32,000 bases of DNA from Ignicoccus hospitalis KIN4/I (GTDB lineage Archaea; Thermoproteota; Thermoprotei_A; Sulfolobales; Ignicoccaceae): positions 930,001-962,000 of the forward strand of contig NC_009776.1 in NCBI RefSeq assembly GCF_000017945.1, written 5' to 3'. The notes under the pieces were generated by a model. The model searched no databases, was not told the DNA's origin, and saw only the letters and a program-made list of their open reading frames with translations. A program made the translations under genes and the position numbers. The first letter of the stretch is position 1; every line of letters begins with the position of its first letter. Shown in pieces: positions 18,031 to 25,648 of the stretch.

Positions 18031-18819
18031 TTAAGGCCTCTTGCGGAGGGCCGCCGCGACGAGGAGCGCGAGGAGCGCCAAGGCCGGCACGGAGGACCTC
18101 GGGCGCTCCGCGAAGAACTTTACCTTTATGAGCAGTGTGGTGACGTTGGCGTAGACCTCCAAAGAGGTGGGGAAGGTGGCGGTGACTGTCAAGGTCTTGT
18201 CGGCGGAAGCGGCGAGCTCGGTGGGCTCGGTTAAGGCCAAATACGCCTTGGGGCTCGTGACCTTCTCGTTCCCGTAGAGGGCTATTAGGGTCGCCGGAGG
18301 GGGAGAGGCGGAGCACGTTACGGTTCCTTTGGGAACGACTACCGCCGTCCCGACCAAGGCGCCGGACGTTCGGACGACTTCCTCACCGAAGGCCTTAGAG
18401 CTCGCGGTTGTCAAAACTAACGAGTCGACGCTCTCGCTCTCGGTCCCTCCCAAGAGGTAGTAGAAGGGCGAGGGCAAGCTTACCGTCGTGGTCGAGGTAA
18501 CGGTGGTAACCCCAACTTGGACCTCCGCCGAGACCGCCTTCGCGACCGCCGCCGCGGGGGAGGTGAAGACGAGGGTCGCGTTCCCCTTACAGAAGGCTAC
18601 GAAAGTCCTCTCTAAAGGCTCCGTATAGACGTAGATGTACTCCCTCACGCCCAGCTTTTCGAACAGGGTTACGGTCTTGTAGCCCGTAAGGGTGGCGGTG
18701 AACTGGGAGACGCTCAAGGCCGTCTCCGGGAGGGGGACGTAGGTCGTAACTTCCCACGAGCCGGCGGCGAGGGCCGCTAGGGCGAGAAGGAGGAGAGCGC
18801 CTCCAAGGCCTCCTTCCAA
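18031..18819 (-). CDS. Exported, C-terminally membrane-anchored protein
   Basis: N-terminal signal-like hydrophobic stretch, Ser/Thr/Val-rich beta domain, C-terminal SSVPALALLALLVAAALRKRP. Confidence 0.7.
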   Translation of the reverse strand: MEGGLGGALLLLALAALAAGSWEVTTYVPLPETALSVSQFTATLTGYKTVTLFEKLGVREYIYVYTEPLERTFVAFCKGNATLVFTSPAAAVAKAVSAEVQVGVTTVTSTTTVSLPSPFYYLLGGTESESVDSLVLTTASSKAFGEEVVRTSGALVGTAVVVPKGTVTCSASPPPATLIALYGNEKVTSPKAYLALTEPTELAASADKTLTVTATFPTSLEVYANVTTLLIKVKFFAERPRSSVPALALLALLVAAALRKRP

Positions 18820-19307
18820 GCCTCTTCCCTCGTGTCCTTCGTAACGAATATTTTATGGCATCTGGAGAGCGCCCTCAAGAACTCCTCGTCCCTCAGCCTC
18901 GCGTGGTAGACCGCCACGAAGGGCTTGTTCCCGCTAACTACCCTCAGCATGGCCTCCCTTAGCTTTGGGAGCTTAAGCTCCATGGGACCGATCTCGTCTA
19001 TCAGATATACGTCGCAGTCCTTGGAGAGCGCCCTCACCCCGACCTCCTCCGCTCCGGGGCAGAGCTTGTACCTCCCTACCCTCGGCCCCTCGCAGTCCAC
19101 CCTCGCCAGCCACGCCCTCGAGCCGTCCTCCACGTCGACTATCAAGAAGCCCACCCTTCTGCCCCCCTCGCGGACGTCCGGGCAAGAGGTGCCGCAGACC
19201 TTGAGGCCGGCCTTCTTGAGCTCCTCCACTACCTTCCTAGCCAAGGTGCTCTTCCCCGCGCCCGGAGGGCCGGTTATGGCCAAGCACCACACTTCCCGCT
19301 GACCCAA
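18777..19307 (-). CDS. Nucleoside-triphosphatase THEP1-like
   Basis: ITGPPGAGKSTLARKVVEEL, VYLIDEIGPMEL, HARLRD; start codon uncertain (TTG 19307 or GTG slightly downstream). Confidence 0.87.
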   Translation of the reverse strand: MGQREVWCLAITGPPGAGKSTLARKVVEELKKAGLKVCGTSCPDVREGGRRVGFLIVDVEDGSRAWLARVDCEGPRVGRYKLCPGAEEVGVRALSKDCDVYLIDEIGPMELKLPKLREAMLRVVSGNKPFVAVYHARLRDEEFLRALSRCHKIFVTKDTREEAWKEALEALSSFSP

Positions 19308-19436
19308 AAGGGGACTCTCAGACCCCCTTTTCGCCGATGAGGACCTGGGCCCTTGGGCGAAGCTGTGAGCGAGTTTTTGCGCCCCGAGGCGCGCAAAACA
19401 AATAACCCACAGCGGCGACCACGCCCCCCGGAAGGG

Positions 19437-19512
19437 GCCGCCGTAGCTCAGCCGGCAGAGCGCCGCCCTGGTAAGGCGGAGGTCCCGGGTTCAAGTCCCG
19501 GCGGCGGCTCCA
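19437..19512 (+). tRNA. tRNA-Thr (anticodon GGT), CCA encoded
   Basis: Cloverleaf read by eye: acceptor GCCGCCG/CGGCGGC, anticodon stem CCGCC/GGCGG with loop CTGGTAA, T stem CCGGG/CCCGG with loop TTCAAGT, discriminator T, CCA. Confidence 0.96.
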
Positions 19513-19912
19513 CGCTCTACCCAAAACGGTCCGACGAAACGCCCGCTCCGCATCCCTCCTCCATTTATGGAAGGACCGTTCCCAACGATAGGCCTATGCT
19601 CTCGCCACCCCTCCTCGTGTTGTGTGCACCGTACTCTGTAGAGGACGATCGATATTAGATCATTAGGTTATACCGTCCCTTTATTCTTGATGTTGTCGGG
19701 GATTCGAACTAGACCGTCGTCGCGTAGGAGCATTACGACGTTCACAAGTTCCTATAAATCATATACACGATATCCAAGACGATATATTAAATGGATATCG
19801 GTAACGATGTTATTTCGTCTTGGGATGTGTACAGTAAATGGGCTTGTACCAGAGGGCCGATGTGAACCGCTAAACGACTAATTTTGAGGACAGTACGCTT
19901 ACGCTGAAGTAA

Positions 19913-20137
19913 CTACTTATATGCATGTCCTCTAAAATCGATAAGATGTATTATAATAGTCCTGGAGCCCCAATCAATTGTGTATACAATACGGATATCT
20001 CCCAAGCGAGTCTTGAAAGCGTCTTCAAACCCCTTTAGCTTCTTTACGTCGTAATCTCTAAAAGGGATGGGATTCATCTTCAATTTGTCCAGAACCTCCA
20101 ATACTTTAAGCTTGTAATGTTTGGGGAGTCCCTCCAA
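19913..20137 (-). CDS. RelE/ParE-type toxin-like protein, possibly N-terminally truncated
   Basis: LEGLPKHYKLKVLEVLDKLKMNPIP...VKKLKG...YKTRLGDIRIVYTID-type pattern characteristic of RelE. Confidence 0.75.
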   Translation of the reverse strand: MEGLPKHYKLKVLEVLDKLKMNPIPFRDYDVKKLKGFEDAFKTRLGDIRIVYTIDWGSRTIIIHLIDFRGHAYK

Positions 20138-20214
20138 GGCTCTACTAGCCTTACGTTTTACCCTTACTTACTTGGAAGAAGAGGTTACCGCTCAAAATAA
20201 GTTCCCTGTTATTT

Positions 20215-20406
20215 TCATCTCATCAGCTTTCGTTTGATTTCGTCAAGGTCGATTATCTCGTCGTCAGCATCGATTGCCTCGATTTCGTCGGGGAGGGGTT
20301 CTACTTCTTCGATATTCCTTTCGATGATGAAGCGCAACATGCACTCTACCCTAGTCGGCCTCTCCTTTATCTCTCGAATCTCTGATAAGAGTTCAGAGTC
20401 TACCAA
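20215..20406 (-). CDS. Putative antitoxin partner of the RelE-like gene
   Basis: 63 aa acidic protein immediately upstream of the RelE-like ORF in the same orientation. Confidence 0.55.
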   Translation of the reverse strand: MVDSELLSEIREIKERPTRVECMLRFIIERNIEEVEPLPDEIEAIDADDEIIDLDEIKRKLMR

Positions 20407-20679
20407 CCCTTATCCTGGGCGTAGTTTTGGTATAGTACGTCCCTAAAATCGGCTTGGAATCGGTGGATGAACAATTGCTTTGGTGTCGCGGGGATTTTGG
20501 AGTGGCGCCGTGTGGGAGCACAACAATATGTAAACGTTCACATCAATGATATGAATATAATCCAAAATGGTAAACAGAATGGATATCAACGATGATGCTA
20601 ATCTACCCAGATATTCACGCTTGGTCCTTGGATACTCTAATAAAGGCGTTTCGTTTCAGCAATACTTGGGTGCGAGCCC

Positions 20680-20907
20680 TTGTCTGAAGCCGAAGATAGA
20701 ATAGTCGTCAATCCTAAAGTTATGGGAGGCAAACCAATAATAAAGGGAACTAGAATTCCTGTGTACTTCATCTTGGAGTTATTATCTAATGGCTGGAGCA
20801 TAGATGACATCTTGAGAGAGTATCCTCACCTCTCGCGAGAAGATGTGCTGGCAGCTATCAAGTACGCTGCCAAGGTTTTGAGGGAGAAAGTTATTGTCAA
20901 AGCCTAG
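20680..20907 (+). CDS. DUF433 protein (putative antitoxin)
   Basis: DRIVVNPKVMGGKPIIKGTRIPVYFILELLSNGWSIDDILREYPHLSREDVLAAI. Confidence 0.88.
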   Translation: MSEAEDRIVVNPKVMGGKPIIKGTRIPVYFILELLSNGWSIDDILREYPHLSREDVLAAIKYAAKVLREKVIVKA

Positions 20908-21265
20908 ACTTCTAGCAGACGAAAATATTCCTCGAACAGCTATCGTTACACTTAGAGAAAAAGGATATGACGTGGTCTCGGTCTGGGAGCTTAGTCCGGG
21001 CATAAGCGACGAAGAAGTTGTAGAGCTGGCTATAAAGGAGAGGAGAATTATAGTAACGTTTGACAAAGACTTTGGAAGAATAGCACGTTTAAATCCTAAT
21101 TTGAATCCCAATACCACAGGAGTGATCCTACTAAGAATACCACCATTAAATCCCATATACGTAGCCGAAAGAATACTCTCAGTATTGGAAAGAATAGAAA
21201 ATCCGTACGGTAAGTTAATCATAGTCAAAAAGGGGGCAATAAAAACAATCACATTACACCAATAG
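20894..21265 (+). CDS. DUF5615 PIN-like protein (putative toxin/RNase)
   Basis: LLADENIPRTAIVTLREKGYDVVSVWE and RIIVTFDKDFG; overlaps the DUF433 ORF by 14 nt. Confidence 0.85.
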   Translation: MSKPRLLADENIPRTAIVTLREKGYDVVSVWELSPGISDEEVVELAIKERRIIVTFDKDFGRIARLNPNLNPNTTGVILLRIPPLNPIYVAERILSVLERIENPYGKLIIVKKGAIKTITLHQ

Positions 21266-21347
21266 TTATCTTGGACTATTCACACAGCACCTCATCTACT
21301 GTATTTACACAAATTAGTAAAGATAAGAATATGTAATAATTTTGTGA

Positions 21348-21430
21348 TGGGGGACCGAGGGATTTGAGCCCCAGACCTCCGCCGCGTGAGCCCCCCCCTC
21401 CCCCTCCCCCGAGCTAGACGGGTGGGGGGC
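21348..21430 (-). pseudogene. Decayed tRNA-Val(CAC)-like sequence
   Basis: Minus strand GTCTAGCTC...GGGCTCACGCGGCGGAGGTCTGGGGCTCAAATCCCTCGGTCCCCCA contains D-arm, anticodon-loop (CTCACGC), variable and T-loop-like elements but acceptor and anticodon stems do not pair. Confidence 0.45.
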
Positions 21431-21435
21431 CGGAC

Positions 21436-21679
21436 GTTAATGGGATCGAGCACACTCCGGCCTTCTCGTCGGACTGCAAGTATGTAGCAGTGGTCGACAA
21501 CTATTGGAACAGCGGGCCGGTCGGAAACAACACGCTTAATGTGTTTGACATCGATAGAAGGCTAGTCTACCCAAGAAGATGCACAGAATTTGGAACGTGA
21601 CGTGATGGGGAATAGATTAGCTATTGGGCACGCGGACGACAGGATCAAGACATACCACGTAGCTCTTTGCCTTCGTTAG
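21436..21679 (+). pseudogene. Fragments of a beta-propeller/WD40-like protein in two frames
   Basis: Frame 1 (21436-21600): VNGIEHTPAFSSDCKYVAVVDNYWNSGPVGNNTLNVFDIDRRLVYPRRCTEFGT*; shifted frame (21605-21679): MGNRLAIGHADDRIKTYHVALCLR*. Confidence 0.45.
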
Positions 21680-22489
21680 CTCGCCTCCTAAGTACAGCCC
21701 TACTCTCTTTAATTTAGACAAGGTGTCAGCGAGCAACTAGATGTACCTTTGATTCGTAGTCGCCTGGTAGGTATATTGTGTATGTGACGAGCGCGTTCCG
21801 GCTTGTTCGGTCCACGTCCTTTCTCCTTATCGTTAACACCCAAGATAGGAGTATTCCGGAAGACCAACCTGCGCTCCCGCTACCTCTCTCCGTGTTCATG
21901 TACATCGTATTTTCGCTGGGCCGGAGCCTTAACCTCCTCTCGTAACCCAAAACCTTCGCTGTTGCGCGTTGCAGCCTACTTTCTCTTTTGTCCGCCGACC
22001 GTTGCTAATCTGTAAAATATCGAATGCTTTTCAGCTTCCCTCTGGGACTCTTGACGCGTTTTCGGATTTTGTTCTGACCGTAGTGGGTCCAAAGTCCGGT
22101 ACCTCAAAGCCCCGTTCCCTACGAAGCCTCTCCTCTGTCCGGTGTGGTCCTCGAGGTCCCTTACTTACTGCGTCTACCCAAGAACTTGCTCTCCTTAATT
22201 TAATATTTCACAAACATACTTTCTGTATAACTCATTACCAAACTTTTTCACTTACTCATTTCCTTTTCAACCTTCACCCACATGGGAACATCTTATATTC
22301 GAAAGCGCACCATTACTATTCACTCTCTCAAACCCCCTTATATCTTTTCATGGGAACGCTGAAGATCATGGAGGGAAGGGCAGAGGAAATTTTTCTTGAA
22401 TAAAGGGAAAAGCTTGGGGAATTGTAAACTCGTGGTAGAACGCAATTCTTTTAAGGGAAAGACCTTGGGGCTTTATATGGAAGGGCTCG

Positions 22490-22925
22490 GTGGAGTCTCA
22501 AGAGAGGATAGAAAGTGTTAAACCTAGTTCTAGCTCTCGACACAATTATGTTTTGTGGAGTCTCAAGAGAGGATAGAAAGGATATCGCCGATTTACGGGA
22601 GGGAAGGAGAATTCCTAGTGGAGTCTCAAGAGAGGATAGAAAGGTGAGGTGAAGGTACTGCCTGTTGGCGGAGGCCATCAGCATGTCCTGTGGAGTCTCA
22701 AGAGAGGATAGAAAGTTGACGTTATATACTGTACAGAGGTGTTTAGCATGAGCTTCACGTGGAGTCTCAAGAGAGAATGGAAAGTGATCAACGAGAATGT
22801 ACAAAAGAGCATATAACTGTTCTAAAGTGGAGTTTCAGGAAAGAATGGAAAGTTACTTAACTATCTTTGTCTCGTTCATTTCAATGTTGCTTACCTTCTA
22901 TAGAGCCTTAAGGGAGGATAGAGAG
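22490..22925 (+). CRISPR. CRISPR array 1: 26-bp repeat GTGGAGTCTCAAGAGAGGATAGAAAG; 6 repeats to 22852 plus one relic at 22900-22925
   Basis: Repeats at 22490, 22555, 22618, 22690 (identical), 22759 (2 mismatches), 22827 (more diverged), 22900 (relic); spacers 39, 37, 46, 43, 42, 47 nt; decay toward the 3' end places the leader at low coordinates. Confidence 0.93.
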
Positions 22926-22929
22926 GAAA

Positions 22930-23763
22930 CTACGAACGCACGTGAGGCCCTCGTACGAAATTCATCACTACGTCCCCGAAGCCCGCGGCCCTCCCGCTCC
23001 CCACGCCGAAGAGCGCTGCGTGCGCTATTACCTTCTTCACGTCCTCGTCCGCCTCCCTCACCCAGAACAGCGCCGAGCCGCTGAGGGCGGGCAACCACTT
23101 ACGGTCGTAGTAGTACCAGACCTTCCCGGCGCTGTGTAAGGCAGAGTGGTCCTCCACCAGCGAGCGCTCGAGCTTCCACAAAACTTCTAGATATTTATCC
23201 TTAAACAAGGAGTAGGCGTTGACTGAGAAGAGGTGGGAGGGGGAAGGCAAGAAGCGGGTCCTAAGCTCCTCTCCGGGCCCCCTCCAAGGGTCCCTTAACA
23301 CTGCCGGCCCCCTGAACTTCACCCACAAGCCGCTCCCCTCCCCCAAGTCCAAGTCCACCTCTTCCACCGCCACGGTCTCTATTTCTATTACCTTCCTGCC
23401 GAACTCGAGCTTACAGTAGTCGAAGGAGAAAAGTTTGTTCACCAACTCCTCCGGCCCCGAGAGCTCGAAGCTCGCGTTCGGGGGCAAGGGGACCACCCCC
23501 TTCCCGGAGGGCCTCCCGGCCGTGCAGAAAGAGCACTTGACCGTCCTCTTCGGGTATATCGCCCTCCCTTCTTCGTCCAGCAAGGGCGTTATGTGGAATT
23601 CCTTATATCCCCCTTCAACTGAGAAGATCTTGGCGAAGTCGTCGTCTACGCACGAGAGGAAGCTCTTCACTAACTTCGCCGTGTAATCCTCAAAGGGGAC
23701 CGGGGTCAGCGCGACCTCGACCCTCACCCTTTTGAATCCGGGCAATAGGTCGCGAACGCGCAA
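22930..23763 (-). CDS. cas6: CRISPR endoribonuclease Cas6
   Basis: RAMP-type fold sequence ending in G-rich loop AALFGVGSGRAAGFGDVVM; flanked by CRISPR array 1. Confidence 0.88.
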   Translation of the reverse strand: MRVRDLLPGFKRVRVEVALTPVPFEDYTAKLVKSFLSCVDDDFAKIFSVEGGYKEFHITPLLDEEGRAIYPKRTVKCSFCTAGRPSGKGVVPLPPNASFELSGPEELVNKLFSFDYCKLEFGRKVIEIETVAVEEVDLDLGEGSGLWVKFRGPAVLRDPWRGPGEELRTRFLPSPSHLFSVNAYSLFKDKYLEVLWKLERSLVEDHSALHSAGKVWYYYDRKWLPALSGSALFWVREADEDVKKVIAHAALFGVGSGRAAGFGDVVMNFVRGPHVRS

Positions 23764-24090
23764 TTCTCACACCTCGCGGGGAAGTACTTCTTACACGCGG
23801 CCCTCTTTGAGGCCAAGCGCGCGGCTTGATAGTCCCCCTTATACTTAAGCAGCTCCTCAACTACCCCCGCCAAGTCACACTCCACCTTAACGAACGCTAT
23901 ATCTTCCGGCCTGAACAAGGCTACGGCTACCGGCAGGCCGAAGAGCTCGTGCACCCCTTGGGCGTAGAAGGCCAGCCTGGCGGCGGAACTGCACAAGGAA
24001 GCCCTCAAGTCCCCGCTCCTCTGTACTTCAACAATCAACGAGGTTAAGGGCTCCTTGAGCAAGGCCACGTAGTCCGGCCTCCGCGCGCGC
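23724..24090 (-). CDS. Cas4-like nuclease domain (C-terminal part); annotated ORF 23724..24068, coding signal extends upstream to about 24090
   Basis: RRPDYVALLKEPLTSLIVEVQRSG (PD-ExQ), RLAFYAQ, and C-terminal CENCAFATYC (CxxCx5C) iron-sulfur pattern. Confidence 0.6.
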
Positions 24091-24390
24091 CGCTAGCTCC
24101 TCTAACCTCCTCTCCTCTATCCCAGACTCCTTGGCGACGTTCCGGAGGTACTCCCCGCTCACGCCCAGCTTTTCGTAATCGTGTACCGCTCCGGCCCAGA
24201 AGCACTCCTCCCAACTCCCCTCCGGCAAGTAACCTTTCTCTTCTAAGAGTGCGCAGAGCTTAGCGGCCGTAGCGGCGACGGAAGCGAAGTGGTGAAACGC
24301 GGTGACGAAGACGTCGCCGCGCTTCACCAGCTTGAGCGCTTCGTCCCCTAAGAGGTCTCTGACCCTCGCTACCATCTCCTCCAGCGGCAT
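24028..24390 (-). CDS. HD-domain-like protein of the cas locus
   Basis: VTAFHHFASVAATAAKLCALLEEKG...FWAGAVHDYEKLG; start MPLEEM at 24390 favoured by upstream catatttac TATA-like box (ORF track start is TTG 24435). Confidence 0.5.
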   Translation of the reverse strand: MPLEEMVARVRDLLGDEALKLVKRGDVFVTAFHHFASVAATAAKLCALLEEKGYLPEGSWEECFWAGAVHDYEKLGVSGEYLRNVAKESGIEERRLEELAARAEAGLRGLAQGALNLVDC

Positions 24391-24486
24391 CCTTCTCCGA
24401 GATAAACTTCGAAACTTCTCAGTAAATATGTTCAAATCGGACTGCTGGGGTCAACCCCCTCGTGGACTGGGAGGTGTAGAGTCAAC

Positions 24487-25419
24487 TTGATTCTCGTCGT
24501 GAGGGGTCACGCGTTCGTCGGTAGGAAAGGTTACATGATAACGGTCAGGTATAAAAAAGACGGAAAGGAAGTAACCGAGGCGTTCCCAGCATTAGACATA
24601 GAAATGGCTGTGTTCGTCGGAAAGGGGATTACGGTGAGCACGGCTGCCCTGCAACTCTTGGAGGAGCAGAACGTGCCCACCTTGTTCCACGGGGTCGACT
24701 GGTCCTTTGTAACGATCAACCCAGTCAAGGTGGGCTGGTCGCGGGCGAGGAAGAACCAATATTCCATGGGGGAGACCGAGCTGGGAGTGAAGGTGGCCAA
24801 AGAGTTTATATTTGGAAAGTTGGAGGGGATGAGCAACGTTGCTAAGAACTTGAGCTACAAGGGGAAGAAACCCACGCCCAACTCGGACTACTGGAGGAGC
24901 GAGGGGAGGGGAGAGCTGGCCTCTTGCAAGAACTTGGACTGCGTCAAGAAGTTGGAGGCGGAGTGGAGCTCCAAGCTCTGGAAGGATATAGTTCAGTTCG
25001 TCCCCGGGATGAGGTCCAGAGTTCCTAGGGGAAACGACCCGCCCAATAGAACCCTAGACTACTTGTATGCCCTATTGTACTCTGTCTGCAACCACGCTCT
25101 GGTCGGGGCCGGTCTAGACCCTTACGCCGGTTTAATACACAGGGAAAGGGCAGGGAAGTTGAGCTTTGTTTACGATTTTAGTGAAATGTTCAAGCCTATG
25201 GCAATTTATGTCATGGCAACCGCGATAAGGACGTATAAAATAGAGCTTGAGGGAGACTTCTTAAACAAGGAAAGCTTACAAAAGGTTACTCAACTGTTCT
25301 ACTCTATTTTCGAGAGTAAGAAGTACTCCGTCAGAAAGTGGGTCTACGCGAAGGCGTGGCAGCTCAGAGATGCAATCGAATCTGGGAAAGAGTTCAAGGC
25401 TTTCGTCTTCCGACCCTAA
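24487..25419 (+). CDS. cas1: CRISPR-associated endonuclease Cas1
   Basis: LEAEWSSKLWKDI (catalytic Glu), YALLYSVCNHALVGAGLDPYAGLIHRERAGKLSFVYDFSEMFKPM (His, Asp); ggaggtg Shine-Dalgarno-like sequence at 24470-24476. Confidence 0.93.
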   Translation: MILVVRGHAFVGRKGYMITVRYKKDGKEVTEAFPALDIEMAVFVGKGITVSTAALQLLEEQNVPTLFHGVDWSFVTINPVKVGWSRARKNQYSMGETELGVKVAKEFIFGKLEGMSNVAKNLSYKGKKPTPNSDYWRSEGRGELASCKNLDCVKKLEAEWSSKLWKDIVQFVPGMRSRVPRGNDPPNRTLDYLYALLYSVCNHALVGAGLDPYAGLIHRERAGKLSFVYDFSEMFKPMAIYVMATAIRTYKIELEGDFLNKESLQKVTQLFYSIFESKKYSVRKWVYAKAWQLRDAIESGKEFKAFVFRP

Positions 25420-25648
25420 GGTTCGTTTAAGAAACTTTTAGGGCTCTCATCGACCCCGGCGTAGTTACTTTTTAACACTATGTTTTTCTATTCGATTTCA
25501 TATATCTGGTCCGAATTCGAATCTTCGAGGGTCCCCTCTTCAAATTACATGCGTGGGAGATCCTCGACCATCAACCGCTCGGTAGACGGCGTCCCGAAGC
25601 AGTAAACTAAATAAACTCTAACTTTAGGGTGACCATGGAAGGCCAGAG
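25420..25648 (+). promoter_or_regulatory. Leader of CRISPR array 2
   Basis: AT-rich, non-coding; TATA-like ttcatatatctgg (~25498) and taaactaaataaactc (~25602) boxes before first repeat. Confidence 0.6.

Noticed and set aside
19681-19720. GATTCGAAC sequence suggesting another tRNA T-arm
   Set aside because: Flanking bases on either strand do not form a T stem or acceptor; probably chance. A 25-aa minus-strand fragment there (VNVVMLLRDDGLVRIPDNIKNKGTV) is too short to call.
19437-21430. tRNA-Thr and the tRNA-like remnant as an attL/attR pair of one integrated element
   Set aside because: They share GGCGGAGGTC, but the remnant is in the opposite orientation and carries a different anticodon (CAC), so it does not fit a direct-repeat att pair; no integrase seen.
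21969-22403. 144-aa plus-strand ORF ahead of CRISPR array 1
   Set aside because: Poor composition, no recognisable motif, runs into the leader; probably fortuitous. The opposite strand has an equally weak open stretch.
22451-22804. Minus-strand 117-aa ORF with periodic FLSSLETP motif
   Set aside because: The periodicity is the translation of CRISPR array 1 repeats; not a protein.
22797-23084. 95-aa plus-strand ORF rich in Arg/Pro/Ser overlapping the cas6 3' end
   Set aside because: Shadow of cas6 and of the CRISPR relic; composition not protein-like.
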